This document shows positions 1-13,499 of a DNA stretch of 64,000 nt, in pieces. The stretch lies in NCBI RefSeq assembly GCF_009914755.1, contig NC_060939.1; one strand, written 5' to 3'. The notes beneath the pieces are model-generated. The model was not told the DNA's origin. It saw nothing but the letters and a program-made list of their open reading frames with translations, and made no database searches. Within the stretch, counting starts at the first letter, position 1, and the number at the start of each line of letters is the position of its first letter. The translations under genes and the position numbers were made by a program. The DNA comes from the human T2T-CHM13v2.0 reference genome, Homo sapiens.

Positions 1-284
1 TTATATAAACATTTACACACTTTAGTAAACACAGTCCTACATGTAATGCAGCATTACGGGTGAGAAGACCCTTGGAAGTCGAGCGTCCACAGTGTTCCAC
101 GCGCACAGGCGGACCTTCTCACTGTCATTCCCATCACGGCCAGTCAGTCTCTCCACTCCCTCCTCCCGCCTGGCTCGAGGACGGACGCTTCTCATCAGAC
201 ACACCAGGCAGCCTACAGTCTACACAGCAGCGAGTGCTCTGCTGCCTGGCTCAGGCTCTCATCTCACGAGGACGTTTCCCCATC
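1..284 (-). other. HERC2: HERC2 3' UTR (partial); includes the probable rs1129038 site (T at 235)
   Basis: Lies downstream of the TAA stop at 287-285; SNP flank CAGCAGCGAG[T]GCTCTGCTGCC recognised from memory. Confidence 0.9.
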
Positions 285-557
285 TTAGTGTCCTGTTAAA
301 TAATCTTGTGTAGAGTCCGAAGCAAAGGAGTCGACATCCTCGTTATCTGAATCGTCGCTGCTGTCGTCGGCGGCTGGCTCTCCTGTAAGTGCGATGCGAG
401 CGTAGTCATCTGTGTCTATGGACTTGCAGAAGTGGATGGCGTACTTGAGCTTCTCCTCCAGCACCTGCTTGCAGGAATACCTGGGCAGCTTCAGCAAGAA
501 GAAACAGGTGTAGGACTCAGGGAGGAAGTGGTCTGGAGGGTTGTATTTATCCAACAC
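285..557 (-). CDS. HERC2: HERC2 last coding exon (exon 93): HECT C-lobe with catalytic Cys (codon 506-504, C4762), acidic tail and TQ motif (T4827)
   Basis: cag|GTG acceptor at 559-558; [27 protein letters not shown]...STQDYLTGH*. Confidence 0.98.
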
Positions 558-1592
558 CTGTTGAGCAGAAACATGAAGTGATTAGAAATTGAGTACGGCT
601 GCAGTCTACTTTACTGTGCTCATTAGACTCTTCGTGCTCACAAAACCATATTTTTTGCTAAGAACAAAACAGCAGAAAACATAATCCAAACAACTTTAGG
701 AGTAACGAGGAGCAATTAATTCCTAGAACTTGGAGTAAGAAACAGCACCTCACTATGGAGATGATGGCTCTCTATTGTCATCCCGGGAAGAGGGCCCGAG
801 GACCACACCACCTGTGTGGATGCGGGGCGGCCTGGCTGGCGGAGGACCAGGCACGTGACCACGGGAGAGCTCTTCATGAGTCTACCAGCCCAACTTTGAC
901 CCCTACAGATTAAGATACTAGGAAACGGCAAGAATTATGGACAAAAACTAAGAATTACTGACCTTCTAAGATAGAAAACTATGCATGCTCTCCAAGGTGA
1001 CCCTGAAAGACGGCCACTTTTCTAACCCTGGCAGAGACGCAGGTCAGGCTGTGCTGGACACATGCTGGGAACAGTGGACCCCATCGATCCATCCGCCCAG
1101 GCACTGCTGTTACGGTCCCAACAGAGAGTGGGGGCATTAGGCCATCCCCTCTCAGTGACCCGGCAGGTCCATTGAGCTTGTTTCTGACCACCGGCCCACA
1201 GAGTTGGAACCCAAAGCAAAACCCTTGTTCTCAATCCAACGAGCGGCCTCATTTTTCTCGGTATGTAGGATGTTACTTAGTGACTCACCTAATTCGACCA
1301 GATAACTGAATGAGTGCTTTACGTGTGTTTGAAATCTAGAGCAGGCTGACACAGCAGTGATGTATTCTGGGGATGGCCAGATACATTTTTAAAAAATAGG
1401 TAATGGTACCCAAAACACATAATCATAACATTTTGAGCCTTCACATCAGAGAAGTTCGATGTTTTCCATTTTCATTTCTGTAAAGACTCAAGAGGCTCGT
1501 TTTCCATGTGCTGCAGGACTGTGGGTGAGGAGCCAGCCACCCACCGTCGGCCGACATCAGCCCAGGGCCGGCAAGCCCAGCCAGGAGCCTAC

Positions 1593-1805
1593 CTGGATGA
1601 CGAAGTCTCGGCCCCGGAAGTCGGCGATGGTCCTGGGCAGCCTCGTCCGGCCCCAGACGAAGCGAAGGAAAAGAGAGCGCTCTGTGTTGGAGAAGGACTC
1701 CATCACCTCCCAGAACCACTGGATCAGCGATGCGGAAGGCTCGATGCCTTTATAGGTGGCCACCGACTTGAGAAGGTGCAGCGGGATGTCAGGGCTGCCA
1801 CACAC
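1593..1805 (-). CDS. HERC2: HERC2 exon 92 (HECT)
   Basis: AG/GT boundaries, 213 nt; VCGSPDIPL...[28 protein letters not shown]...FVIQ. Confidence 0.97.
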
Positions 1806-2094
1806 CTGCGGGAGGATGTCTGTCAGGGCCGCGTGATGCTTCCCACCCTGGCATTTCCGCAAGACTCCGTCACGCTCCCTCTCTACACCAAGGCCTGTTT
1901 GGGGTGGGGAAAGGTCTGGGGGCTCTGGGTGGGCCCACACACAGCCTCCTGCAGGCGGGTGGAGGGACGCGCTCAGAGTGCACTCCCTTCAGTCAACACA
2001 CAGGGCAAGGTTCTGACTCTAACTGCTGTCACTGATTTGTGGGTCAGCAGGCAAAAGGCAGCTGCAGGGCAGCCCCACCTGGGGGTCGGCATAC

Positions 2095-2200
2095 CATCGT
2101 CTCCAGTTCGTAGCCGGTGAACAGAGAGAGGAGGGGAACAGGCACAACGCGGGCCATTCCTTCCCGAACAGCAGCCACCTGCTCATCAAATTCATGGAGT
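2095..2200 (-). CDS. HERC2: HERC2 exon 91 (HECT)
   Basis: 106 nt, phase 2-0; [35 protein letters not shown]. Confidence 0.96.
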
Positions 2201-3133
2201 CTGGAAGAAAAAGCTCACTTTACACTTCTGTCTTCAGTGACACTGACTTTATGCTGCTCACACCAAGCCTTGGCATGCAGCACTGTGGCCGCACACGTCC
2301 CAGCTGGGAGAACAGAGGGAGCAGCTCCAGATGGCATGAGCATGCTTAGCAGCTCGGCACTGCAGAGCTTCTCCTGACACTGGGCTCATCTCGTCCAGCC
2401 GACAGGGTACGGCCTAATGACCACCTACAGCTATGCACACCCCAAGACGCCACTCTCAGTACCCACAGGACACCCCAGGAGAAGCCAGCACCAAGAGGGG
2501 AAACACATGTGCATCCGCCCCAGGCCCGAGACACTGTGCTGACCCACAGCAGACACGATACGGGGGACAGCACCGCCCAGGACACCTGCCAGGACTACCC
2601 CCACCAGAGCCCACAGGGCCCACCTGCCACACGAGGCCTCACCCAGACACTCTCAGGTGCTTCCAGGGGACATGGGACAAGCAGTGGAAGCTGTGGGTGG
2701 TGGTAATGACCTGCCAAGCCTGAATCACGGCACCCAAAGGACCGTGCACAGTCACACCTGGGCGCCTGGCAAAGGCTGCTCTGTGTCACTCAAGCAGCCT
2801 GGAGGGGGTTGAGACAGCCCCAGACACAGCCCTGTCCCAGGGAAGCCAACAAAGAAAGCACACAGGGGCAAAAACTATGGCCTCTCCAGGTGCAGTGACC
2901 CAAATGGGTGGATTTTGTTGATCTTGGTATTCTGGTTAGAGCCAGGAATGTCAGAGTAATAAATACCGACCCTGATCACAAAATAAGCTTTATACCCACA
3001 GATCAGCAATAGTTGGAGCCAAATCCATTACTTTACTGTGTATGACACTCCTGAAAAACACACATGTCCACACAACCACGTTCTGCTACTTTTGCTATTT
3101 ATGTCAATGCAACAGAGACAGATGACCACCAAC

Positions 3134-3324
3134 CTATAGTTTATCGCCAGCCGCACGTACTCCGCGCGGTTGTCCAGGGTGATGTGTGTGTGCTTGGAGC
3201 TCAACTGAATGTCCTGGCCACTGGCACTTGGCACTGTGAAGGGCAGGCTCATGGCTTCAAACTCCTCTGAGGTGGCTTCATTGTCTCGGATGTACATGAG
3301 TCCAGGAATAAAATCCTTATCAAC
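3134..3324 (-). CDS. HERC2: HERC2 exon 90 (HECT)
   Basis: 191 nt; VDKDFIPGLMYIRDNEATSEEF...VRLAINYR. Confidence 0.96.
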
Positions 3325-3951
3325 CTTTTAAGGAGAAAAAGAAAGCCCATGTGTCGACTCACGGCTCATCTCCATCCCAGACTCCAGTCCACCCAGCACA
3401 CTCTGTCAAGCAGGAACCAGGGTCAGCCTCAAGTGCATCTCGAGGCTGCAAGTGCACGGCACACACCAAGATATAAGAGGAGCAACGAGAGAGTACTTCA
3501 CCCAAGGAGCTGAACGAAGAATTCACAATTCAGCCAAATGCTTAAAACTAACCACCGAGAAAGTTACAGCAACTGGCTAGCAAGGGTTCCCTCCCTGCAG
3601 CCGAGGCACAACACAGCCATGGGGAATGAGCTGGCTGTGGTCGCCCCAGGACAGAGCCTCCCGTGCAAGCCTGACTCACGGCCCCCAGCTGCCCAAAAGC
3701 TCAGCTTCTTCACAGGGGAGGCAGTGAGCTTCCTTATCTGACAAGACAGTGTATGTTACAAAACACCAGAAAATAGATGGTCTATTTTTTTTTTTTTTTT
3801 TTTGCTACTCAAAGGTGGTCCACAGCCAACAGCCTCTGCGTCACCTGGGCACTGAGATTAGGCCAGAGTTCACAGCCTGACCGGACCCGCAGAACAGACT
3901 GTGCCTGTTAACAAGACCCTAGAGGCCCCGCCTGCCGCCCCAGGGAGTTAC

Positions 3952-4064
3952 CTCACTGAGGTCCGCGATGGTGAGGCTCATCCCAGCCAGCTGCTTCCAG
4001 ACAGGCTCGGCAAGGTTGAGGCTCAGGGGACTCCCGGTTCGGATGGCAATGCCCAGCAACACAC
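3952..4064 (-). CDS. HERC2: HERC2 exon 89 (HECT)
   Basis: 113 nt; [37 protein letters not shown]. Confidence 0.96.
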
Positions 4065-4711
4065 CTGATCATTCAGGACACAAGTGACAGAGGACACTTC
4101 AAAAGGATGACAAAACTTCCCGCTCACTCACACACGCCACTGACAGCAGCTCCACACTCAGGACTCAGAGCCTTCTGAAGCAGCAACACCCACATCATAG
4201 GTCTAGGCCCTTCCTCAAGACCGCCTGTCCTGCTCTAAATCTATCCTTTTGTGCCTAAAAGCCTCTTAACTCTTCACATCCTTTCTGCACGCACACTAGT
4301 TTAAGCCACACAGTGGCCAATTCTTCTTCTTATGACAGCAAAGAGCTGGAACTTCCCCACGGGAGTGTCCTCCAGGGAGCTACAGCCCTGCCCAGGAGGT
4401 GCTGGCTGTGGTGGGACACACAGCCGAGGACACCCTGCACACCCTCAGTGGGACAGGAAGGAGGGACTGGCCAATGGCGAAGACCTCACCCCACTCTGAT
4501 CCCAAGTCTCAGATAAACATTGAAGATGCAGAAACAGAATCTCCCATCTTCTGAGTACCCGAGGCAGTCTCCAGTCCTCAGCACGTGGCCGGGGCTGGCT
4601 CTGCCAGTGCCTGCAGCTGTGCACAGAGCTTCCGACGGTCCACCACCGTCAGGCCCTCAATGCTAGGCACGGAAGTCAACAGCACCTCGTTCGCTTCCAC
4701 AATGTTGGTGA

Positions 4712-5039
<328 letters not shown>

Positions 5040-5187
5040 CTAAAAGTCATTTTTATTGGTAACAGTCTCAAAAACTAAAAGCAGATATTCAAGATATCTA
5101 CTGTCACTCCTCAAACAGATAGTACATTTTAACTCAAGAGTAGGCACAGGCCACAGCGACACAGTCTCAAGCGGCCGAGAAGCTCAC

Positions 5188-5382
5188 CCAGGAAGCGGAA
5201 CATGCTGCTGTGCACGGGTGCTCTGGCGGCCGGGCTGAGCAGGTAGCAGTCTCGGTTGGCCCCAGACTCATCCCTCCCGTTGGGTGTCACGATCAGCAGG
5301 GGCGTGAGTCCGTTCTGCAGCTCCTCACAGATCTCAGCTATGGACTCGCTGTAGCCGCCCCCACAGTCATCCACAGATTCAC
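5188..5382 (-). CDS. HERC2: HERC2 exon 88 (HECT)
   Basis: 195 nt; [22 protein letters not shown]...SMFRFLG. Confidence 0.96.
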
Positions 5383-5535
5383 CTGCAGGGGAGAAGCAGC
5401 CACTCGAAGTCCCCTCACACAGTCCTGTGTAAAGAGAGCCCCAACGCTCCCACACCATGTGGCCTCTGTGCTCCCTGTGGGCTCAGGCGACCACTGCCGG
5501 GGACACAGGTGCTCCAGCACGTGGCAAGTTCTCAC

Positions 5536-5677
5536 CCACAAACTTGACTTTCCAGACACGGTGAGGAAGGAGGAGGCTGTCGGGACCAAACGAGCTCATC
5601 TTAGCACACATCTGCCCAAAGACAGACTTGGTGCCGTCGGGGCCGGCCAGCCCGCCTTTGCTCCTTGATCGTTTGAC
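5536..5677 (-). CDS. HERC2: HERC2 exon 87 (HECT N-lobe start)
   Basis: 142 nt; VKRSRSKGGLAG...PHRVWKVKFVG. Confidence 0.96.
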
Positions 5678-7506
5678 CTGGAGAGGAGGAAGCAAGCAAG
5701 CGTGAGGCCGCTGCCGCAGCAGGAAGCACACAGTCGGGGATATGCGGCACTGGCGAATGCACGAGGAGGAGGCACCGTGCATGGGCCCCTCCCTGGTCAC
5801 ACACCTGCTTGTGTGGACGCCAGGCAGACCCTGCCATCTGGGGCGCTCGACTGTGGACACCCGAGACCGCTGCCTCACCCCATTGGGCATGTCGCCAGTG
5901 ATGTGCCCAGCAGCCCCCAGGACTAGTGTGTCTGAACAAACACACCTTCCAACACGACACACACCACCACCACGTCCACAGCTGCGGCCCGGCAGCACCA
6001 CCCTGGCACGGACCATCCTCACACCCTAAGCACTGCTGCTACTTCACCATCTTGCCACGACCTCATGAAATAAGACACCAGGAACTCCAAAAGCAGCTCC
6101 CCCAGCAGACCAGAACAGACTCCCGGCACTCAAAGATTCAACCCAATGCCCCTGAGACTGAAGCAGACACAGTGAGTGAGTGCCTCAGCCAGGACCAGCC
6201 CTTCCCCACATCTGCTTCCACCCATCCCATTTCCAAGCCTTGGGGCCACTCAGCCTCCCCAACACAGGCAGTCACTCCCTGCCCATCCTTCTCATCCTAA
6301 GCTACAATTGCTAAAGGCTCAGGGGCCTCCAATTCCCAAAGACACCAGGGCAGGAGCCCTAGGGCCCCGCCGCAGCAGGACCTCGGCACATCGGAGGGCA
6401 GGTGGCCGAGGCTGTGCATCAGAATCATCTGGGAAGCCCAGTCTGGAAGGATGTCAAAAAGAAAAATTGAAGAAAAAATGGTCCTGAGAATGTATTTTGA
6501 TGACTCCTCCAGTGAAGCTCTCTTCACCTTTAGCTCACTTAAAGTTGAGTTTAAACAGCTTACAGCGCAGGCTGCCATAACCAAGACTAAAAATACAAGA
6601 AGAATGACAGGAGCCACAGTTGCCTGTAGAATGAACTTGTCTGCGTGCCACACACACGGCTAGTGTTCACAGACGTGAGTTCCTGGAAACTCGCGGCAGC
6701 TTGTTAAGGCTCCATCATGCCCAGAGGAGACTAGGCTACAAGAAAAGAACAGGACATGCCCTATGTCACGGCGGCTGTGTGAGAGGAGAGGTGCACCCAG
6801 CTCCCCGAAGCCCACGGGGCTGCCTCTCCTCCATGACGACACCCACTAGTAGAGGCTGTCTGCACTCAGAGGCTGCAGAAAACAGCAGCCATAAGGCTGG
6901 AGGCAGACAGGCTCCTGCGGGACAGCACTTTCTCTGCTCAATAGAAACACAGATGATTTTAACTGTCTTTAATCTGAATTCCCTAAATTTTCAGAAATGT
7001 GCATGCAATAACTCTGTAATAAATTTTTAAGTATAAAAAAGTTTTTATGTAGTGATGTTCAGATCCTGCTATAAAACTAAATAAAATTCCCAACAAACAA
7101 AACCTTCCAGTAAGATGACCTGTGTTCTGGAGTCTCTGAAACTATCCAGACAGCTGTGAGAGTCCCTCCCATGGCATCCTCTTGGGAGGCGTGTCCCTGA
7201 GCCCATCATCGCAGCCATGGGGTGGCGGGTTGGAGGCGCCTGTGCAGCCTTCCTGGCTCCGTGCTGGTGTCCTGTGCACACCCTGAATTCAAACAATGTT
7301 TTTCTCCATGTTCATTTTTAGGCAGAAAATCACTTCTATTTCTACATCTGTAGAAAATTTCCTCGCTTTGGGAGGGGCATGCTACCCTGAACGGGAAGGA
7401 GCCACCTCTGGCACCCGGGGCCGTGGCTGAGCCAGGGCAGCCCCCAGACGTCAATCCACATTGCACACTAGGCTGAAGGGTGTTTATCTGATTCTTAAGA
7501 AGGCCT

Positions 7507-7933
7507 GACACCACGCACGGTGGCTCACGCCTATAATACCAGCACTTTGGGAGGCTGAGGTGAGTGGATCACCTGAGGTCAGGAGTTCAGGACCAGCCTG
7601 GCCAACACAGTGAAACCCTGTCACCACTAAAAATACAAAAAAGGCTGGGTGCGGTGGCTCATGCCTACAGCACTTTGGGAGGCCGAGGTGAGTGGATCAC
7701 CTGCAGTCAGGAGTTTGGGACCAGCCTGGCCAACATGGTGAAATTGTCTCTACTAAAAATACAAAAAACAAAATTAGCCTGGCATGGTGGCACACGTCTG
7801 TAATCTCAGCTACTCAGGAGGGTGAGGCAAGAGAATTGCTTGAGCCTGGGAGGTGGAGGTTGCAGTGAGCCAAGATTGCACCACTGTACTCCAGGCTGGG
7901 CGACAGAACAAGACTCCCTCTCAAAAAAAAAAA
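7507..7933 (+). mobile_element. Alu left monomer followed by a full AluS
   Basis: Two successive left arms (GGTGGCTCA...CTAAAAATACAAAA), then a right arm and A tail. Confidence 0.85.
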
Positions 7934-7940
7934 GGCCTAA

Positions 7941-8360
<420 letters not shown>

Positions 8361-8679
8361 TAATGACTTCTTAAAAATTTCAGATGATACAAAGACAGAA
8401 ACAAGGGTGCCTAACCTGCATCCTAGTTTATCAAAACTTCACTGATTCCCAGAGTCCCCCAGGCTTGAATACCCACCCTGAGAGCCCCTGGCCCAAAAAG
8501 TCTGCGTGCGGTTTTGAGGGAGGTGCAAGTCAAGGTGCACTCAATCGCGGGGGTTAGACAACGCAGAAGCCATCAGCTGGCCTTGCCTACAAGCTATAAT
8601 GTTTATGATGCACAGCAAACTGAAGCCATCGTCCAAGGTAGGGAAATAAAAGCTTTTTTATGAACCTAGTTAAACAACC

Positions 8680-9130
8680 TATTTATGTGAGGACGTGACT
8701 GACGTACAGCTTAGCATTAAACACTCTGACGTCAGTGAAGAGACCAGCTCCATCAATGTGGTCACATGAGCTGTCCAACAGAGGACAAGAGTTTCGTGTC
8801 TTAATTCAAAATGCCCCCAAGTATAACTCTGAAAACATTTCTAGTCTTGTAATCAACATCAGGGTAAAAATCATGTGTTAATACAAAGGTACAGGAACAA
8901 AGAATTTGTTCTTCATGGCTCTCTGTGTCTGATCCAAGAGGCGAGGCCAGTTTCATTTGAGCATTAAGTGTCAAGTTCTGCACGCTATCATCATCAGGGG
9001 CCGAGGCTTCTCTTTGTTTTTAATTAATTGTTTTTAACTGTGAGTTTATATACACTTGAAGCAGTATACATTTAGAAATGGTCTACTTGTCGTTTCTTTG
9101 ATTACTACCCATGAGACAGTATTAGTAATT
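8680..9130. promoter_or_regulatory. OCA2 melanocyte enhancer in HERC2 intron 86, containing rs12913832 (G at 8968); boundaries approximate
   Basis: Flank TTTCATTTGAGCATTAA[G]TGTCAAGTTCTGCACG; lies in intron 86 when exons are counted back from exon 93; M-box TCACATGA 8762-8769, TCATGTG 8871-8877, LEF/TCF CTTTGAT 9096-9102. Confidence 0.92.
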
Positions 9131-9841
9131 CTGGCCTATGAAATTGGCAAAGAAAACTACCAGTGGTGGGGAGGGTGTGAGGATGGTGGGAACATGAACT
9201 GTTATAACCTATAATCGGATGTATCATCAAATTGTCACTGGGCCTCTGACCCACTCCACTTCTCAGAACTTAACAAAAGGGGTGACCGAAGATACACCCA
9301 GATAGCCCTGCCTGTACCACAGAAAAGTGGGCACGGCCCCCCAGCACCATCAGAGAAATCTGACAGAGTAAACCAGGACACACCCCTGCAAGAGAGGAGC
9401 AGGCTGCAGGCAGCTGCCAAACACAAGCAGCCCCACAGGACCCTATTCCATGGCAGGGAGGAGAGCAGCAAATTTCAAAAGGCAGTGATCCTGCTTTGGC
9501 TGTAACAAATAGACACACACCTCCCAATGTAACAGCAGCAGTTATCATCATGCAGTGGGAAGAGGGCTGATTTTATTTTCCCCATTCTTGCTGACCTGTG
9601 TTTGTGCTTTTGGACTATCTGACATAAATCTTCATTACTTCTGTATAAAGAAACACACTGACATTCCTGGAAGCCCCAGCACATCACATACAGGAAGCCC
9701 ACAAAAAGGAAGGTGGCACCTGCTCTTTAAAGTTGGGGTGCACAGGATGGCAGGCTACCAGCGCTCTCGTCCCAGCCCAGGTACCCACGAAAGCATCACT
9801 TCTAAGGCTGTCAGACTTGGAGAGTAATCTCCATGTGCTAC

Positions 9842-9925
9842 CTGGATGCGGTTCAGCTCCACGACGGGGCCATGCTGACGATCGCGTACCATAGTTGCTT
9901 GTACTACTTTCCGGAAAGCCGCCTC
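9842..9925 (-). CDS. HERC2: HERC2 exon 86
   Basis: 84 nt; [28 protein letters not shown]. Confidence 0.96.
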
Positions 9926-10325
9926 CTAAAACACATCAAACAGACAAAATTTAGAATCTGATATGGAAAGCATCACTCCTGAAGAAATCATCACATAGTT
10001 TTGTTTAAAATCTGTGTTGAAGACCTTCTTAAGGACAGAAAACTGCCAGTTCCCTTTTCTCAAGTTGTGAGGGTGCAGGGGAACAGGCTGGCCCCGAAGC
10101 ACACAGGGACAGACGGCCAGGCAGGTAGTGCCAATGGCCGGGCAAGAGGCAGGTCCCTCAGGAAACTACCTCCACCCAGCAGCGTTCCGGAGGCTGGAAG
10201 AGCCCAGCACACACAGGGCACAGAACAGGGAGGGCTGGGCCTGGCAAGCACCTGCTCTGACTCAGGTCTTGAAGTCAAGGTTTCCCTGCCAAGCAAGCCC
10301 ACCCGTGGCAGGGATTGCTGTTAAA

Positions 10326-10586
10326 CCACTGCCTGCCATACAGCAGCCACGGGCCAGGGAGCACCGCGGAGCCAGCCGGACCTTGGATCGCCACTGCCTG
10401 CCATACAGCAGCCACGGGCCAGGGAGCACCGCGGAGCCAGCCGGACCTTGGATCGCCACTGCCTGCCATACAGCAGCCACGGGCCAGGGAGCACCGCGGA
10501 GCCAGCCGGACCTTGGATCGCCACTGCCTGCCATACAGCAGCCACAGGGCCAGGGAGCACCGTGCAGCCAGCCAGACCTTGGATCG
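10326..10586. repeat. 65-bp GC-rich minisatellite, 4 copies
   Basis: Unit CCACTGCCTGCCATACAGCAGCCACGGGCCAGGGAGCACCGCGGAGCCAGCCGGACCTTGGATCG starts at 10326, 10391, 10456 (identical) and 10521 (diverged). Confidence 0.97.
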
Positions 10587-12531
10587 GGACAGAAAAGACA
10601 GACCGGGGAGGGGAACAAGGTCCTGGCTGGGATCACACTAAAAGAAATCGGGAGTGCCTGGGGTGAAGACAGCAGGGCGTGGCCAAACATCAGCACCACA
10701 GTGAGGACCCAGCCGTTCCCCAGGAGGGAGCAGGTCGGCCATGCCCGTGGGGAAAGGGCAGAGGATGCGGCACGCAGCCGTGCCAATGGAAAGGGATGAG
10801 ACAGGTCAGCAGGGGTCTCAGCTCTCTTGGCCAAGGAGGCAATCGTGCCTTCTTTCGGTTAGGGGTGGGCTGTGGGAGCACAAGGGTCCCTCAGTGGAGG
10901 CTGAGCCCTTGCCCAGCTCAAAGCCTAAGAACTCCAAGCCCTGAAGGCAGGAGGTGAGGGCCCCAAGCGCCAGAGGAGACCCAGAAAGGGTATCCTGGCG
11001 GCACCCCAGCCCCATGCCTCTCGCACAGCCCAGACTCATCCTGCTCCCAGAGGCCCTGCCTGGACCTCAGGGCGGCTCCCCCTCCACAGGAGCACTCCCC
11101 TCTCCTCCCAGTCACCAGCCCGCCCACCTTCCTGGAGAGTCCATTTTGGTGCTCTGGACCGGGAGTAGTAACACCCACTCTCTGAGGCCGATCCTCACCA
11201 TAACCAGGACCAGAACCGAGGCTGCCTACACATTCCCTGACCAGAGGTACCTTTCAGACGCCCTCAGCACTCCCCTGCTCTCCTGCAGCCCCAGCAGGTG
11301 CCAGATGCTGCTGCCCACCGCTCCCCTACCACACACCAGCTCCCACCCATGCCCCGCTCACAGCCTGCACAACGCTCACACAGGGCCAGGTGGGACGTGC
11401 CCTGCCTCTCACTTTTTTTCTCCCTACAAAGAAAGGTTTTTTTCCTCTGTGCTGCCTATTATCATCACCACTTTGAAGGATTAAAAAAAGAAGGTAAAAT
11501 TAATCGTTTGCTACTTTTTATTATTGAACAGTAATTGAAATTATGTTTCCTATCCATTTTACCTGCCCAAGATTTCTTCTGCCTCTCTCATCAGAGAGAT
11601 GGTCTTTCCATTAAACACAAGCCTGACCACTTCCACCCTCAGGCACACGTGAAAGTAAAATGAATGTACCAGTCCTGTTCAGCAGAAATCGTTCTAGCCA
11701 AGTGGAAACAAAGCCGGTCTTTAAAAAGTAACCTGCTGGGACAGGACTCCAAAACATTGCAATTTTATTAAATCACTAAGAATGGGCCATAATATTCGAC
11801 AACAAAATACATTAGAGAATCACAATCAGGATTAGTGGTCCTCAATCCAATTCTATAACTTTTCCCTATACAGAGATGCCCCTACCGTATGGTAATTAGC
11901 CCCTTCAAGATCATCTTGTCAAGCTGCTTGCCAGAAACTAACCCAACTTCTAGAAAGCTCCAACTATTAGCAACATCTACAGGTCAAAACCTGCCTGGTG
12001 ACTTTCAGATGCCCTCACTCATGACTGTATTATTCACCACCTGTTAATTCTCACTTGGCCAGCAATCTCTACACATTCAGGCACGGACCTTCGAGGTGAT
12101 ATATCTGTGACTCCTGGCCCCCTCTGCTGGACATCCTGAGAGAAACAGCCCAATCGCCGGCCTTCCTGTGTCAGTGGGGACTTGCCATAGCCACAAGGCC
12201 AGGCAGGCAGAGAAGGACCGCAGGAACAAAGGCTTAGTTTATGAAGGCCCCACCTCATCCTTCTGGAGCAGTGAGAGGCAGAGATTATGAAGGAGAGATG
12301 CAGCATCTTACTGTTTGTTTTTAATATAAACTCCAAAAGGGAATAGATTTTTGTCTGTTTTCTCATTGATATAAAGTACCCAGAACAGAGCCTGGCATGC
12401 AGGAGGCATTCCGTGAACATTTGCTGAATGAGCTGTATTCTATGTGTTCTATTCCCAGTATAGGAATTCTATTGGGTTACATGTACTGAAGACACCAGTT
12501 TCCCCTAGAGCAAAGATTGCCACTTGAATAC

Positions 12532-12729
12532 CTTTCCCTGGGATATCAGAATTCCTCGGAGAGTGTCGAACCCAACAGAAGGCCCGAGTCCAGTTTCGTC
12601 GAGCGAGCCTTCCAGGTCGAACATGGGGATGCAGGGGCAGAAGAGCTCGGAGAGGTGGTGCAGCAGCAGCAGACGGTTCCTCAGCGCAATGATGGGGATC
12701 TCCTGCAGGTGATTGTACTCCATGGGGAC
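12532..12729 (-). CDS. HERC2: HERC2 exon 85
   Basis: 198 nt; VPMEYNHLQEIP...RGILISQGK. Confidence 0.96.
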
Positions 12730-13067
12730 CTAGAACACAGAAATGGCCTTCAGCCCCTCAGGCACCAAAGGCACACGGGGGCCAGTGTGGCATCCATTAA
12801 GGATTCTGAAAACAATTGTTTCAAATACAGAGAAGCACTATGGTGTCTGAGTTTGGTTTGCACAACCTCACTGTGCTGCTTTTAAAATAATATTCTGTCC
12901 AGTTTGACTGTAAAAAAAATTAGTCTATACAAATAAATTCACTAAGAAATGTGAGGCATGTACTAGCAGAACAGTTTGGTGTGGAAGAGTTTGGTGTGGG
13001 TTATAAGATATAGAAGGTGATACACACTGTACACACAGAATATTGGCTGGCATGAACATTAAGGTTC

Positions 13068-13343
13068 TTTTGAGACAGGGTCTCACTCTGTCACTCAAGT
13101 AAGAGGGCAGTGGTGCAATCACTGCAGCTTGGACCTTTCAGACTCAAGTGATCCTCCCACCTCAGCCCTCAGCCTCCCAGGTAGCTGGGACTACAGGTGC
13201 ATGCCACTATGCCTGACTAATTTTGTAGAGACAGGGTTTTGCTATGTTGTCCAGGCTGGTCCTGAACTCCCGAGTTCAAGCAATCCGCCCACCTTGGCCT
13301 CCCAAAGTGTTGGGATTACAGGCGTGAGCCACCACAACCAGCC
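13068..13343 (-). mobile_element. AluJ
   Basis: Diverged reverse Alu. Confidence 0.85.
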
Positions 13344-13499
13344 AAATATCAAGGTTCTTAAATGCACTGTGTGGTTAACATTTACTGAGCCTGAATTATT
13401 TTCACCAAGAAGCCTCTGTAAACACACAACGACAGGATGCAGCATGTGACAGGAGCACACTTTGCTTGCCCCCGACCCACCCAACCTGCCCGGACTCAC

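Noticed and set aside
1506-2120. 204-aa plus-strand ORF, and similar ones at 5210-5668 and 10954-11484
   Set aside because: Antisense shadows of GC-rich HERC2 exons or intron sequence with no recognisable domain
10128-10834. 223-aa and 190-aa ORFs over the 65-bp repeat
   Set aside because: Stop-poor GC-rich tandem repeat that is open on both strands, with no splice or homology support
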